Below, piece by piece: positions 25,021-35,774 of a stretch of DNA of 64,000 nt (position 1 is its first letter; each line of letters begins with the position of its first letter). Under the pieces are notes generated by a model. It saw only the letters and a program-made list of their open reading frames with translations. It did not search any database and had not been told where the DNA came from. The DNA comes from Mobula hypostoma (Eukaryota): NCBI RefSeq assembly GCF_963921235.1, contig NC_086108.1, positions 96,846,001-96,910,000 on the forward strand. The letters are read 5' to 3'. A program made the position numbers and the translations under genes.

Positions 25021-25875
25021 CGTTACATATCTCATGGATATTTTGTGACTGTCTTATGTAATGGTCTTTAGGAGGTCACCTGATGTAATTTTCCTGCCGA
25101 TGTGAGGTCACGTGATGACCTGTTCTCACCAAGTATATAAGTGTAGACCCCTGGTGACGCAGTTAGTTTTTTCCAGTTAGAACGTTAGCCAGATACTCTG
25201 CTCCGCTGCGTATTTGCCTTATGACGCAGTTTCGATTTAAAACGGAGTTTTATGTTCTATTGTAGGGTACAAAAGTGTTGCGCTGGCAGTTTAACCAATA
25301 GCTGCCAGATTTGTTGATGTACCTTTTCAGTAATATTGGAGAGTGAAGACAGTAACCTGAAGGAGTTGTTCGATGGTTTTGGAGAGAATCGACTATCACT
25401 GAATTCGTTCAAGAAAGAGTGATCTGCATGAGATAGCCTCTGCTAAAAGCAGCAGAAAAGGCTGTGCAGTATCTAATATCCAGAGGGAAAGGTCAGTGCC
25501 TTTAAACCGTTTTATTTCCGTCGTCGTGTATCCTGTAAACAAGGCAAGATCCGGCTGGGATTGACAGTGACGTCGTGTCTTTGAGGAAGTCTTTATTTCA
25601 GGAAAGTCTCTCCTAATTGATTGTATAAATCTCTTGGACTTTCAAATTCACCATTCTAAGAACGGTTTTTGAATTCACCACTTTAAGAACAGTTCTCACA
25701 TTTATCATTTTAAGAACTAGTACTGAGTGGCAGTTTGTTAAATGGCTGCATAGCAGTTTACTTCCGGTTAAGATTTTCGTTTGTTTATTTTAATATTGAA
25801 CAGAGTTTAATAGATGTTTGATTGTTTTTATAAATCCTGACTCGATTGATATTCATTGTTGCCGATCATGTGACA
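25021..25875 (+). mobile_element. Solo LTR (Gypsy-like) inserted in the Rex1 RT
   Basis: (C/T)GTTACA...TGTGACA termini. 4-bp TSD TCAG (25017-25020 / 25876-25879). TATA-like GTATATAA at 25133-25140. It interrupts the Rex1 sequence AATGTCAG|CAAAACCAAAGAG. Confidence 0.7.
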
Positions 25876-26512
25876 TCAGCAAAACCAAAGAGCTGATTAT
25901 TGACTTCAGGAGGAGGAAACCAGAGGTTCATGAGCCAGTCATCATCAGAGGGTCAGCAACTTTAAGTTCCTTGGTGTCATCATTTTAGAAGACTGGTCCT
26001 GGGCCCAGAATGTATATACACTTATGAAGAAAGCACGGCAGCGCCTCTACTTCCTCAGGAATTTGTGAAGATTTAGCATCACATTTAAAACTTTAACAAA
26101 CCTGTGTAGGTGTGTGGTGGAGAGTAGATTGACTGACAGCATCACAGCCTGGTATGGAAAGACCAATGCTCTTGAACAGAAAGTTCTACAAAAAGTAATG
26201 GATGTAGCCCAGTCCATAATGAGTCAAGCCCTTCCCACCATTGAGCATATCTACATAGAGCTTTGTCGCAAGAAAGCAGCATCCATCATCAGGGACCCCA
26301 CCACCGAGGTCATGCTCTTGCTGCTGCCATCAGGAAGAATGTACAGCCGCATCAGGACTCACACCACCAGGTTCAGGAATAGTTATCACCCCTCAACTAT
26401 CAGGCTCTTGAACCAAAGGGGATAACTTCACTTAACTTCATTTGCCCTATCACTGAAATGTTCCCACTTCTATGGACTCGCTTTCAAGGGCTCTTCATCT
26501 CATGTTCTTGAT

Positions 26513-27637
26513 ATAGAAACATAGAAAATAGGTGCAGGAGTAGGCCATTCGGCTCTTCGAGCCTGCACCTCCATTCAGTATGATCATGGCTGATCATCCA
26601 ACTCAGAACCCTGCACCAGCCTTCCCTCCATACCCCCTGATCCCCGTAGCCACAAGGGCCATATATAACTCCCTCTTAAATATAGCCAATGAACTGGCCT
26701 CAACTGTTTCCTGTGGCAGAGAATTCCACAGATTCATCACTCTCTGTGTGAAGAAGTTTTTCCTAATCTCAGTCCTAAAAGGCTTCCCCCTTATCCTCAA
26801 ACTGTGACCCCTCGTTCTGGACTTCCCCAACATCGGGAACAATCTTCCTGCATCTAGCCTGTCCAATCCCTTTAGGATTTTATACGATTCAATCAGATCC
26901 CCCCTCAATCTTCTAAATTCCAATGAGTACAAGCCTAGTTCATCCAGTCTTTCTTCATATGAAAGTCCTGCCATCCCAGGAATCAATCTGGTGAACCTTC
27001 TTTGTACTCCCTCTATGGCAAGGATGTCTTTCCTCAGATTTGGGGACCAAAACTGCACACAATATTCCAGGTGTGGTCTCACCAAGGCCTTGTACAACTG
27101 CAGTAGTATCTCCCTGCTCCTGTACTCGAATCCTCTCGCTATAAATGCCAGCATACCGTTCGCCTTTTTCACCGCCTGCTGTACCTGCATGCCCACTTTC
27201 AATGACTGGTGTATAATGACACCCAGGTCTCGTTGCACCTCCCCTTTTCCTAATCAGCCACCATTCAGATAATAATCTGTTTTCCTATTTTTGCCACCAA
27301 AGTGGATAACTTCACATTTATCCACATTAAATTGCATCTACCATGAATTTACCCACTCACCTAACCTATCCAAGTCACCCTGCATCCTCTTAGCATCCTC
27401 CTCACAGCTAACACTGCCGCCCAGCTTCGTGTCATCCGCAAACTTGGAGGTGCTGCATTTAATTCCCTCATCCAAGTCATTAATATATATTGTAAACAAC
27501 TGGGGTCCCAGCACTGAGCCTTGCGGTACCCCACTAGTCACTGCCTGCCATTCTGAAAAGGTCCCGTTTATTCCGACTCTTTGCTTCCTGTCTGCCAACC
27601 AATTCTCTATCCACATCAATACCTTACCCCCAATACC
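26513..27637 (-). mobile_element. Young CR1 LINE, 5'-truncated (~1.1 kb)
   Basis: ORFs 27338-27640 and 26603-27238 carry SGVPQGSVLGP, YINDLD and KFADD. ATAGAAAC tail at 26513. Nearly identical to the copies at 32213 and 50493. Confidence 0.95.
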
Positions 27638-27656
27638 CAATATTTACTGCTTATTT

Positions 27657-28296
27657 GTAGAATTTGGTTCTTTGTGGAAATGGGACCCGCTTTTCGATAT
27701 GCCAAGGACATGGCCTAGAAGACTAGCGCACCTTCAGGGTGCCGGATTTTCATGGCTCTGGAGGCGGGCGGACTCGAGGTCAGTGCCGTCATGATGTGTC
27801 ATGGGAGACGAAAGCAGCGAGCTGGCTGTGTGCCCAGAGACCCGAGTTCTTTGAGCACAGAGCTCGGAAAAAGCGACGCAGCAGACTTTTAAAATCATAA
27901 ATTGGCGAGTTGTTTTGTTATGTTTCCTCTCTTGCTGTGAAACGGGGTCACCTCTTTTTCCCTTACTGGGAGGGGGAGAGAGAGCCTGTAGTATGTTGAA
28001 TTACCGGGTGAGTGAGTAGTCTTTGGCGTACTGTGCCTTTATTGATGCTTTGCTGCACGCTTGAGTGCTTGGTGGGGGGGGGAGGTTGCCGATGGTTTTT
28101 TTTTTGCTGGTGCGTGGGGCGGTTGTTGCTTTGCTGCTGCTTATGTGTAGGAAGGGTAGCTGGGAGGGGCTTTGGGGTTCTAACTGTCATTCATTCTTTG
28201 GGGCATTCCTCTGTTTTTGTGGAGTTTGTGAAGAAAGAATTTCAGGATGCATATTGTATACGTTTCTATGACATTGAATGTACCTATTGAAACCTA
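27657..28296 (+). mobile_element. Unclassified non-coding SINE-like insertion
   Basis: GC-richer block interrupting the AT-rich Rex1 3' UTR (GCTTATTT...ATTTATT). Ends ..TGTACCTATTGAAACCTA. Confidence 0.5.
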
Positions 28297-28943
28297 CGTA
28301 CTGATTTATTTATTATTTCTTTTTGTATTTGCACTGTTTGTTGTCATTTGCTCACTTGTTGAACACCCAGTTTTTGCGGTCTTTGCATTGATTCTATTAT
28401 GGTTATTATTCTATTATAGATTGTACTGTATAGCTACTGTATAATATGGGACTACTCTATATTGTAGGGACACGTCATTGCATGCGCTATTAGGTGCGTA
28501 TTGACCTGTACGTGTGTGTTCAGTTCGGTTTCAGTCAGTAAAGAACCCTGTTAACTTAGCTCTTGTCTCCAGCGCTTTTACTTATAGCTTTGTTGTGTAG
28601 CTCAAATTGGCGATGAGGTTAATGAACCTACATTGTATCGGAATGCTGTGTTTTAATTGATAACGACACTTGGAGGAGGAGCACAAAGCCGCAAGTCTGA
28701 AAGGAAGCGGGAGCACAGTCGAGGTCAGGAACGTTGGGAGACCAAGAGACACAGTCGGAGCTGCAGCACATCGAGGCGAGACCACAGCTGGCACTGACCC
28801 CCAGGGCTGAGGGTCTGCCTGCCCCAGAAGGGAGATGAAAAGGAGCAACACACACACATCTAGACGGAGTGCGCTTGTGGCGCTAGCAAAAAGGTCATGT
28901 GAGTCAAAAAAAAAGAGAATGGAGCTAAATCAACATAACAAAG

Positions 28944-29786
28944 ATGGCGATGATTGGAACCATTACAGCATTTGATAGTAGCATTGAAGACTGGGCAATT
29001 TACATTGAAAAAGTGGAGTTATATTGTGATGCTAATGATGTTAATGATGAAAAGAAAGCCAGCATCTTACTTAGTATTATGGGAGCAAAAACATACGGCC
29101 TGCTATGGAGCTTGTTAGCCCCTGAAAAGCCAGGTGACAAAACGTTCAAGCAAGTAGTCGACGCTCTCCAACAGCATTTAAACCCCAAACCACTGGTCAT
29201 TGCTGACAGATTTAAATTTCACAAACGGAATCAGAGCAAAAATGAAAGCATTTCTGAATATTGTGCTGAATTGCGCAAATTATCAGAACATTGTCAATTT
29301 GGAGCTCGTCTATCGGACACATTGAGGGACAGGTTAGTGTGTGGCATGCACTTTGAAACCACACAGAAGAAGCTCCTGGGTGAAAAAGACCTTACATTAG
29401 AGAAGGCGCTGAACATTGCAATATCAACGGAAACCGCAGCATGGGGTGCTTCAGAGATACAACAGAAATTGCTGGAATATGCTATGAATAAAATGTTACT
29501 GAACAGAAATGTGGGAACAGGTCAGATGACCCAGATGACTGTTGGTTTAAAGACAAAGAATGCAGAAACTGTGGCAAACAGGGCTACACTGGCAGAGTAT
29601 GCAAAGCTAGTAAACAGCAGAAAAGGGACAAAATACAGAGAAACAAGAAACCCCAGAAAGGAAAATACAACAATGGAAGAAAGCAGTTCTGATGAAAATG
29701 ACTCAGATGAAAATGAATTGCCTTGTCTACAACTTCACACCGTGAAAGAGACAGATGATCGAAGAGTAATAAGGATCAGTCCATAA
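28944..29786 (+). pseudogene. Gypsy (Mag-type) gag, frameshifted
   Basis: Peptides EDWAIYIEKVELYCDAN, FKFHKRNQ..ESISEYCAELRKLSEHCQFG and LRDRLVCG. Twin degenerate zinc knuckles CGNRSDDPDDCWFKDKECRNCGKQGYTGRVC lie in another frame at 29510-29602. Confidence 0.9.
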
Positions 29787-29787
29787 G

Positions 29788-29910
29788 TGACGAAGGATCT
29801 TGGCCTGAAACATTGACTGTTCATTTTCACGGATGCTGCCCGACCTGCTGAGTTCCTCCAGCGTGTTGTGCGTGTTGCTTTGACCCCAGCATCTGCAGAG
29901 TATTTTGTGT
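29788..29910 (+). mobile_element. Penelope-terminus-derived short repeat inserted at the gag/protease boundary
   Basis: TGACGAAGGATCTTGGCCTGAAACATTGACT..GATGCTGCCCGACCTGCTGAGTTCCTCCAGC. Degenerate 12-bp TSD TCAGTCCATAAG (29776-29787) / TCACTCCACAAG (29911-29922). Confidence 0.75.
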
Positions 29911-30240
29911 TCACTCCACAAGCGGCAGGCGTGAGACTGAAGATGGAGTTGGACACAGGCTCAGCTTTAACAGTGATCTCTGTACACAATTACAAACGAC
30001 TGTTTTCTCACATACCCCTGAAACAAACTAAACTACTGCTAAAGACTTAACACAGGACAGAAAGTGCATCCCAAAGGTAAAATTAAAGTGACAGTGACCT
30101 ACGGAGACAAAACACAGCAGCTGAACCTCTATGTACCGAGAAATGGAGGACCACCGTTGCTGGGACATGAATGGCTCAGGAAAATCCAGTTGGATTGGCA
30201 CACCATCAAGGCACTAGATGTGTCAACAAAGGAGGGCAAC
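29911..30240 (+). pseudogene. Gypsy aspartic protease, +1 frameshift near 30049
   Basis: LKMELDTGSALTVIS with DTG at 29952-29960, and the C-terminal PPLLGHEWL motif. Confidence 0.88.
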
Positions 30241-30252
30241 TCGGTGGGGAAG

Positions 30253-30918
30253 ATATCCGCAGCTCTCCTCTCACCCATTGTTGACTATTACAACGACAAG
30301 GAGGCGCTAGACAGTGTGGATGGTGAGGACAAACGCAGTATCCGTGTCTGCGACTCGGATGAAGATACAGAGGATGCAAGGGAGACAGATATTGCCAATA
30401 AGCAGGATAATGAAGACTACCTGGAAGTAAAAGAGCAGATGTACCAGGAGAAATTGGCATCTCTCAAAAGGCAGCTGCAGCAGATACAGGAAGGCACTTT
30501 GCAGGAGTATCAGAAAAGGATGAAGAAACTAGATCAACAATACAAGGAAAGAATACGAAATGCAGAGCTTTTTCTGCAACTGGAGACAGAACAAGTGGAA
30601 AGGAATTATATTAAAGAGAAGAAAGTTACAGTGAAGGAATTTGAAGATAAAGATTGAGTTAGAAGAAAAGAAAAAGATGATTGAGAATGAGAGGCTAACA
30701 ATGGAACTCACGGGAGATTCTGTGGAGGTAAAGCCAATAATGACTAGGAAACTAAGGAGGAGACCTAATGACCCTGTTCCAATTACAGACAAAAGATGAA
30801 AACCTACACCTGCGCAGTTAAATTACTTGTTAACAGATGAACCGATAATGGAAGATCTGTGAACTCTCAATAAGCTTAAGTCTCCGAAAAGACCAGCATC
30901 TCCGTCCTCTCCTGAACA
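30253..30918 (+). pseudogene. SUDS3: Processed (intronless) SUDS3/SDS3 cDNA fragment, 3'-truncated, inside the LTR element
   Basis: Peptides [76 protein letters not shown] and, after a frameshift, [40 protein letters not shown] match recalled human SUDS3. The start codon reads ATA (30253). There is a frameshift and short deletion near 30652-30660, and TGA stops at 30797 and 30860. Confidence 0.93.
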
Positions 30919-31738
30919 ATTTCCTTGGGAAAGATCCATGAAAATTGGTCATCCCTTAAAAGCTCTTGGACAAAATCAATTCCATTCAAACAGAACAGCT
31001 TCGCACAAAGTGAATCTTGAACCAATCATTTTCTCCATTGAGAATCATACACTTAATCCTTTGCAGGAAAGTTTCTTTTGCACATACATATGTTGAATTC
31101 TCAGCCAATGTGTTGTTTTGCACAAAGAAGTTGGGAAACAGCATCAAAACAGAGGCGAATTCTGGCAACAAACTGTAAGGTTTCTAACGTTGTATTTTCT
31201 TGCTTGTGCTAAATGTGCATCTGAAGGAATTCTCCCTCTTGAGCGAGGTAAGCAATCTTTTCTTGCACTGTGCACAACTGGGATTTTTCATGCATGGAAT
31301 CCTCCAAACAATTCAGAAACAGTGCATAGAGTTCAGTCTCATTTTCCTGACCAAGATTTGTTTTTTGAACTTCAGACAGGTAGCACTGCAGGTAATCCTT
31401 AACATCAGCAAAACTGTACTTTAACAGCAGCTTAAGAACAATGGAACGAACAACAGGATTTCGATCAACTGCTTCATCAAACGGTGAAAGATTACTGGTA
31501 AAGTTCTGATCTTTCTGTGAGTCATTGGATTGTCCCGACTTTTGAATAACTAGCAGAGACAGCAGATCACCAACCACTTCTTTTGTTGGTGGCAAGTCAT
31601 CTTTGAAGCAGACTATGGAAACCAAAGTTATGAAAAATGCTTAACACCTCTTGTGAAATATCTTGCTACAGCTTCACCTACATCTTCTGTTACCGCTGGT
31701 ACATAATCGTCATCTGGAGAAGTACGGCACAGTGGGCA
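30911..31738 (-). pseudogene. RNF213: Processed RNF213 (mysterin)-family cDNA fragment, end of RING plus following E3 region, antisense within the LTR element
   Basis: Minus peptides CPLCRT.., AFFITLVSIVCFKDDLPPTKEVVGDLLSLL, LSPFDEAVDRNPVVRSIVLKLLLKYSFADVKDYLQ, TELYALFLNCLEDS, ENDWFKIHFVR and GIDFVQELL..WIFPKEIV. They match recalled RNF213 (SFFVDLVSTICFKDNAPPEKEVIESLLSLL, LSPFNDVVDKTPVIRSVILKLLLKYSFHDVKDYIQ, ENDWHRVYLVR, WVFPKDVV). Stops and frameshifts are present. Confidence 0.88.
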
Positions 31739-33345
31739 GAGTCCCCCCCCCGAGAGACTTGAGTTATAAATGGGTCTTAGACCAAAAGTTTAAAAAAAGA
31801 GCTTGTTATAATTTGATAGTATTACGTTACGTTGTTATAATTCGATATTATTAAGTTACTAAGTAAACAATTGGTAGGTGTTTGTATGTTAAGGGTAAAC
31901 ATATTTGTTTAGCGTAGTGCACCAGTAAAAAAACAGTTGATACACTATTAAAATAAAAGGGCAGGAATGTACTGTATAGCTACTGTATAATATGGGACTA
32001 CTTTATGTTGTAGGGACACGTCGTTACATGCGCTATGAGGCACGTATTGATCTCTACGTGTGTGTTCAGTTCAGTTTCAGTCAGTAAAGAACCTTGTTAA
32101 CTTAGCTCCTGTCTCCAGCATTTTTATTTATAGCTTTGTTGTGTAACCCGGCCACATATACGACATGGATTTATTGAGTATGCCCACAAGAAAGTGAATC
32201 TTAGGGTTGTATATAGAAACATAGAAAATAGATGCAGGAGTAGGCCATTTGGCCCTTTGAGCCTGCACCACCATTCTGTATGATCGTGGCTGATCATCCA
32301 ACTCAGAACCTTGTACCAGCCTTCCCTCCATACCCCCTGATCCCTTTAGCCACAAGGGCCATATCTAACTCCCTCTTAAATATAGCCAATGAACTGGCCT
32401 CAACTGTTTCCTGTGGCAGAGAATTCCACAGATTCACCTCTCTGTGTGAAGAACTTATTCCTAATCTCGGTCCTAAAAGGCTTCCCCTTTATCCTCAAAC
32501 TGTGACCCCTCGTTCTGGACTTCCCCAACATCGGGAACAATCTTCCTGCATCTAGCCTGTCCAATCCCTTTAGGATTTTATACATTTCAATCAGATCCCC
32601 CCTCAATCTTCTAAATTCCAATGAGTATAAGCCTAGTTCATCCAGTCTTTCATCATATGAAAGTCCTGCCATCCCAGGAATCAATCTGGTGACCTTCTTT
32701 GTACTCCCTCTATGGCAAGGATGTCTTTCCTCAGATTTGGGGACCAAAACTGCACACAATACTCCAGGTGTGGTCAACCAAGGCCTTGTACAACTGCAGT
32801 AGTACCTCCCCGCTCCTGTACTCGAATCCTCTTGCTATAAATGCCAGCATACCATTCGCCTTTTTCACTGCCTGCTGTACCTGCATGCCCACTTTCAATG
32901 ACTGGTGTATAATGACACCCAGGTCTCGTTGCACCTCCCCTTTTCCTAATCGGCCACCATTCAGATAATAATCTGTTTTCCTGTTTTTGCCACCAAAGTG
33001 GATAACTTCACATTTATCTACATTAAATTGCATCTGCCATGAATTTACCCACTCACCTAACCTATCCAAGTCACCCTGCACCCTCTTAGCAACCTCTTCA
33101 CAGCTAACACTGCCGCCCAGTTTCGTGTCATCCGCAAACTTGGAGATGCTGCATTTAATTCCCTCATCCAAGTCATTAATATATATTGTAAACAACTGGG
33201 GTCCCAGCACTGAGCCTTGCGGTACCCCACTAGTCACTGCCTGCCATTCTGAAAAGGTTCCGTTTATTCCCACTCTTTGCTTCCTGTCTGCCAACCAATT
33301 CTCTATCCACATCAATACCTTACCCCCAATACCGTGTGCTTTAAG

Positions 33346-35774
33346 CAACATACATCAAAGTTGCTGGTGAACGCAGCAGGCCAAGCAGAATCTGTAGGAA
33401 GAGGTGCAGTCGACGTTTCAGGCCGAGACCCTTCGTCAGGACTAACTGAAGGAAGAGTGAGTAAGGGATTTGAAAGTTGGAGGGGGAGAAAGATCCAAAA
33501 TGATAGGAGAAGACAGGAGGGGGAGGGATAGAGCCGAGAGCTGGACAGGTGATAGGCAAAAGGGGATACGAGAGGATCATGGGACAGGAGGTCCGGGAAG
33601 AAAGACAAGGGGGGGGGTGACCCAGAGGATGGGCAAGAGGTATATTCAGAGGGACAGAGGGAGAAAAAGGAGAGTGAGAGAAAGAATGTGTGCATAAAAA
33701 TGAGTAACAGATGGGGTACGAGGGGGAGGTGGGGCCTTAGCGGAAGTTTGAGAAGTCAATGTTCATGCCATCAAGTTGGAGGCTACCCAGATGGAATATA
33801 AGGTGTTGTTCCTCCAACCTGAGTGTGGCTTCATCTTTACAGTAGAGGAGGCCGTGGATAGACATGTCAGAATGGGAATGGGAATGGGATGTGGAATTAA
33901 AATGTGTGGCCACTGGGAGATCCTGCTTTCTCTGGCGGACAGAGCGTAGATGTTCAGCAAAGCGGTCTCTCAGTCTGCGTCAGGCCTCGCCAATATATAA
34001 AAGGCCACATCGGGAGCACCGGACGCAGTATATCACCCCAGTCGACTCACAGGTGAAGTGATGCCTCACCTGGAAGGACTGTTTGGGGCCCTGAATGGTG
34101 GTAAGGGAGGAAGTGTAAGGGCATGTGTAGCACTTGTTCCACTTACACGGATAAGTGCCAGGAGGGAGATCAGTGGGGAGGGATGGGGGGGACGAATGGA
34201 CAAGGGAGTTGTGTAGGGAGCGATCCCTGCGGAATGCAGAGGGGGGGGGAGGGAAAGATGTGCTTAGTGGTGGGATCCCGTTGGAGGTGGTGGAAGTTAC
34301 GGAGAATAATATGTTGGACCCGGAGGCTGGTGGGGTGGTAGGTGAGGACCAGGGGAACCCTATTCCTAGTGGGGTGGTGGGAGGATGGAGTGAGAGCAGA
34401 TGTACGTGAAATGGGGGAGATGCGTTTAAGAGCAGAGTTGATAGTGGAGGAAGGGAAGCCCCTTTCTTTAAAAAAGGAAGACATCTCCTCGTCCTAGAAT
34501 GAAAAGCCTCATCCTGAGAGCAGATGCGGCGGAGATGGAGGAATTGCGAGAAGGGGATGGCGTTTTTGCAAGAGACAGGGTGAGAAAAGGAATAGTCCAG
34601 ATAGCTGTGAGAGTCAGTAGGCTTATAGTAGACATCAGTGGATAAGCTGTCTCCAGAGACAGAGACAGAAAGATCTAGAAAGGGGAGGGAGGTGTCGGAA
34701 ATGGACCAGGTAAACTTGAGGGCAGGGTGAAAGTTGGAGGCAAAGTTAATAAAGTCAACGAGTTCTGCATGCGTACAGGAAGCAGCGCCAATGCAGTCGT
34801 CGATGTAGCAAAGGAAAAGTGGGGGACAGATACCAGAATAGGCACGGAACATAGATTGTTCCACAAACCCAACAAAAAGGCAGGCATAGCTAGGACCCAT
34901 ACGGGTGCCCATAGCTACACCTTTAGTTTGGAGGAAGTGGGAGGAGCCAAAGGAGAAATTATTAAGAGTAAGGACTAATTCCGCTAGACAGAGCAGAGTG
35001 GTGGTAGAGGGAACTGATTAGGTCTGGAATCCAAAAAGAAGCGTAGAGCTTTGAGACCTTCCTGATGGGGGATGGAAGTATATAAGGACTGGACATCCAT
35101 GGTGAAAATAAAGCGGTGGGGGCCAGGGAACTTAAAATCATCGAAAAGTTTAAGAGCGTGAGAAGTGTCACGAACATAGGTCAGAAGGGATTGAACAAGG
35201 GGTGATAAAACAGTGTCGAGGTATGCAGAAATGAGTTCGGTGGGGCAGGAGCAAGCTGAGACAATAGGTCGGCCAGGACAGGCAGGTTTGTGGATCTTAG
35301 GTAGGAGGTAGAAACGGGAAGTGCGGGGTGTGGGAACTATAAGGTTGGTAGCAGTGGATGGGAGATCCCCTGAGCGGATAAAGTCGGTGATGGTGTGGGA
35401 GACAATGGCCTGTTGCTCCTTAGTGGGGTCACGATCGAGGGGTAAATAAGAGGAGGTATCCGCGAGTTGTCGCTGTGCCTCGGCAAGGTAGAGGTCAGTA
35501 CGCCAGACTACAACAGCACCCCTCTTATCGGCGGGTTTAATAATAAGGTTAGGATTAGTACGGAGGGAGTGGAGAGCAGAGCGTTCCGAAGGAGTGAGGT
35601 TGGAATGGGGACAAGGTGCAGTGAAGTCGAGACGGTTGATGTCCCGTTGGCAGTTAGCAATAAAGAGATCCAGAGCAGGCAGAAGACCAGAGTGGGGTGT
35701 CCATGAAGAAGAGGAGGGTTGAAGACGGGAGAAGGGGTCATCGGTGGGGGTGGAAGAGTCCTTAAGTTTTTTAA
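33346..35774 (-). mobile_element. Penelope-like element (RT + GIY-YIG endonuclease), 5'-truncated, frameshifted
   Basis: Peptides IIKPADKRGAVVVW, FYLLPKIHK, GRPIVS, TMDVQSLYTSIP, MGTRMGPSYA, YIDDC and GVIYCVRCSRCGLLYIGE. 10-bp TSD GTGCTTTAAG (33336-33345 / 35775-35784) within the CR1. Confidence 0.93.
33408..33443 (-). ncRNA. Minimal type-I hammerhead ribozyme motif in the PLE terminus
   Basis: The minus strand reads AGUC-CUGACGA-AGGGUCUCGGCCU-GAAAC-GUC-GACU. Helix I is AGUC/GACU, the core is CUGANGA plus GAAA, stem II is a hairpin, helix III is a loop-less ACGU palindrome, and the cleavage triplet is GUC. PLE termini are known to carry such motifs. Confidence 0.75.

Larger units (their letters stand above)
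28422..32165 (+). mobile_element. Mag-clade Ty3/Gypsy LTR retrotransposon, pol-deleted, carrying captured SUDS3 and RNF213 cDNA fragments
   Basis: 5' LTR 28422-~28604 and 3' LTR 31968-32165 (TG...CA), about 16-18 mismatches over ~180 bp by eye. TSD TAGAT/TGGAT. PBS-like TGGCGATGAG at 28608. PPT AAAAGGGCAGGAA at 31955-31967. Gag and protease present; pol C-terminal stub PPERLEL* ends at 31769. Confidence 0.92.

Noticed and set aside
26991..27794. Recurrent ORFs such as MPPKWITSHLSTLNC.. and [10 protein letters not shown].. (also near 32987, 50696, 51119)
   Set aside because: They are antisense shadow frames of the CR1 RT and recur only because the CR1 copies are near-identical.
30064..30657. 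Functional SUDS3 gene
   Set aside because: There is no ATG, the copy has a frameshift and two stops, it is 3'-truncated, and it is embedded in an LTR element.
31209..31625. Exon of a real RNF213 gene on the minus strand
   Set aside because: The homology continues through stops and frameshifts without splice sites and ends abruptly at retroelement and SUDS3 sequence on each side.
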